A stretch of DNA of 64,000 bases from Lama glama (Eukaryota). The notes beneath the pieces were generated by a model. It had not been told where the DNA came from and did not search any database. It saw only the letters and a list, made by a program, of their open reading frames with translations. Shown here in pieces: positions 61,969 to 64,000 of this stretch; the stretch's first letter is position 1; each line of letters starts with the position of its first letter. Location: contig CM052817.1 in the NCBI GenBank assembly GCA_028534125.1, positions 84,694,001-84,758,000 of the forward strand, written 5' to 3'. The position numbers and the translations under genes were made by a program.

Positions 61969-62537
61969 TGTCCGAGGTTCAGTTTTTCAAAAAGCAGTCT
62001 CTGCCATGGAGATTTGTGTGTGGGAGGTTTCTTGCAGAATATTGTCTGGATCAACACAAGCGAGGGGGTGAAGAAAGGAGGAAGGAGTACAGGGAGAAGT
62101 CAAACAGTGAAGTTGGCATAACAAAGACGGCAAAGGCTCTTTACAGTTGTCCTGAACTGGGGTGGGGTAAGGGGCTTAACACTTTTTGTCTAGATCAGTC
62201 TTGTATGAGAGATGTCCTTGGGAAAGGGATGTGACCTGACTCAGCTGAGAGCTTCGGCTGCCAACGCTCCCTGCAGCGGTGCACTGGTAAACCAGCGCTC
62301 TGGGAAAAAAACAAAACAAAAACAACCACAAAACTCTTATTTTTTGGTTTGCTGATTTCTATAGTGTGAAGAGTCCCATCATGGCTGATTTCAAACCACT
62401 GTTATGATGCCACTGAATGAGAGTTGGGAAGAAATGTTCACAGTTGACTCTCACAAAGCAGTAAGAGCGGCCCCAGCACATCATCGGTTCAGCCCTCGGG
62501 GGAGGGACCTTGATAGCACACTGTGGTATCCACCACA
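61969..62537 (-). mobile_element. ERVL solo LTR (LTR40-like), interrupted by MER63
   Basis: TG...CA termini; 'tggagatttgtgtgtgggaggttt', 'agggagaagtcaaac', 'gactcagctgagagc', end 'tatccaccaca'. Confidence 0.65.
62274..62486. mobile_element. MER63A-like hAT-Blackjack MITE
   Basis: Degenerate TIRs cagcggtgcactgg...ccagcacatcatcg; internal 'cccatcatggctgatttcaa...cactgaatgagagttgggaaga'. Confidence 0.85.
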
Positions 62538-63499
62538 ATGACTTCTTTTCACATAAAGAAATACTTTTAAAACTTTCAGAATTTTCAGCTACATTGGGCA
62601 CACCATAATAAATAGTTGCAAATTTCAATTCAGTGAAATTAAATCACCCAGAGTGAGAAAGTCATTTATATTCTATGATATCCCAACAGCCTATTCTTAT
62701 TTGGCAGTTTCAGGCTCGGAACCAACAACAACATCTGCTGGCAATTTATTCTCTATTATCTTCTGCCTACTACTTAACCTACTGGATCAAACAATTCTAT
62801 GCTCACTGTTCTCTATCCACCTGTAAGTTGGAGTGCTCACTTGTAAAAATTTAAATGGAACTTCAGAAAAATTTTCACACCCTTATTGGAATGTCATTAT
62901 AAAAATTTCAACGATGTGATAATTATTTCCCCCAATCCACTGCTCTTTTGGCCAATTTATAATTTATTTCCCTACGATTTCAGCCTGATTGACTTTCTGA
63001 AGGCTTAGGAAGGGCAAGCAGTATAAAAGAACTGCTGAAAATAAAGTGGAGAGTGCTGAATGATGGTGCACGCTGTTGACGATTTGCTTTCCTGGAACCC
63101 ATTGAGACTGCTGACCTCAGAGCCTGATTTGCTTTTCTCACACATTCATCAGAGATTGGCCTGTCTTCTATCTGGAACTGCCTCCTCCCTTGTCCACTGT
63201 GGAAACGAATGTTGTAACACAACCTCTCTCATTCCTGTCTCTAGCTCAAGAAAAGATTGTGTGCTTGCAATGTAGGAGATGTGCACTCCATATCTATTGC
63301 TTTGTTGGATTAGTCTAACAAGTAAAAGAAAGCAGATAGGGCCTGTGAAATGACACAAAAGGAATTTTCAGAACAATAAGGTATTTTCACTCTTTATGAT
63401 AATAGTTATATCTAGTATTCACTGAGGTGTAAAATAGACCCTAGTTTGATTTTTCACCCATTTAATTTCTTAGTTTGTTTCCTATGAATTGGTGGGTTT

Positions 63500-64000
63500 C
63501 ATTATTTCTGGGGATGGCCCCCAGAATTGTCTGATCTGAGACGAGGAAGCCCCACCATGCATACCATCCTCTAGCTTGCTCTACTAATTGGCGAGGCCCC
63601 AGCTGGGATTTGGGATGCTCACGTGGCTGTGCTCCAGTTCATGGGAAGGGGAGAAGTCCAGAGTAAGAGATTTCTTTTTGACAAAGATGCAATGAACTTT
63701 TAAAATGCAAGTGTTATTTCTACTCACATTCCACTGGGAGCTGGGAAAATGTAATTTCTTAACTGGGTGGCCATGAAATTATGTGAGGACAGATTTGGGG
63801 GAATGGCTTGCAGTCTGCCACTCTGACTCCCTAAATATCCACGTACACATTTCTTACCTTCTTCTTGTGTCCCAAGGGAGACGGTCCAAAGTCCAACCCA
63901 GTACTGCATCAGATCTAAGTTTAGGAACTCTGGGTGATGATGGATAATTCTCTTCAATAGGTCCTGGTGATGTTCTTTGTGGTCTGGTGATGATAAACCG
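63500..64000 (-). mobile_element. Decayed MLT1-type LTR plus adjacent internal sequence
   Basis: 'tactcacattccactgg...gctgggaaaatgtaat...gcagtctgccac' followed by MaLR-internal-like 'cccaagggagac...tgcatcag'. Confidence 0.45.

Noticed and set aside
3217..62243. Scattered AP-1 (TGASTCA) and octamer words
   Set aside because: Short motifs expected by chance many times in 64 kb; not informative unless clustered.

Overview
This is mammalian non-coding DNA (intron of a large gene or intergenic). I found no convincing protein-coding exon, no RNA gene other than a tRNA-derived SINE, and nothing prokaryotic such as CRISPR arrays or operons. A tRNA-Ala-headed SINE at 46730-46848 matches the camelid Vic-1 type and an L1 3' end at 40797-41629 looks camelid-like, suggesting alpaca, llama or camel. 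Much of the window is old repeats: MIR, L2, CR1/L3, MaLR/ERVL solo LTRs (MLT1, LTR33, LTR40-like), hAT MITEs (MER5, MER63, MER94, MER119-like), L1 fragments and microsatellites. The only ORFs with recognisable protein similarity are decayed L1 ORF2 and CR1 ORF2 pieces. Most notable: two strong same-orientation CTCF motifs; several repeat-poor, motif-rich candidate enhancers (one with a PBX-HOX plus MEIS composite); a well-preserved ancient CR1 3' end beside a TAAT-rich block; a tiny TPRT insertion with an 18-bp duplication; several nested insertions; and a few insertions I could not classify. Repeat family names come from recalled consensus sequences, not a search, and most boundaries are approximate. 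I do not see evidence for a novel biological system.
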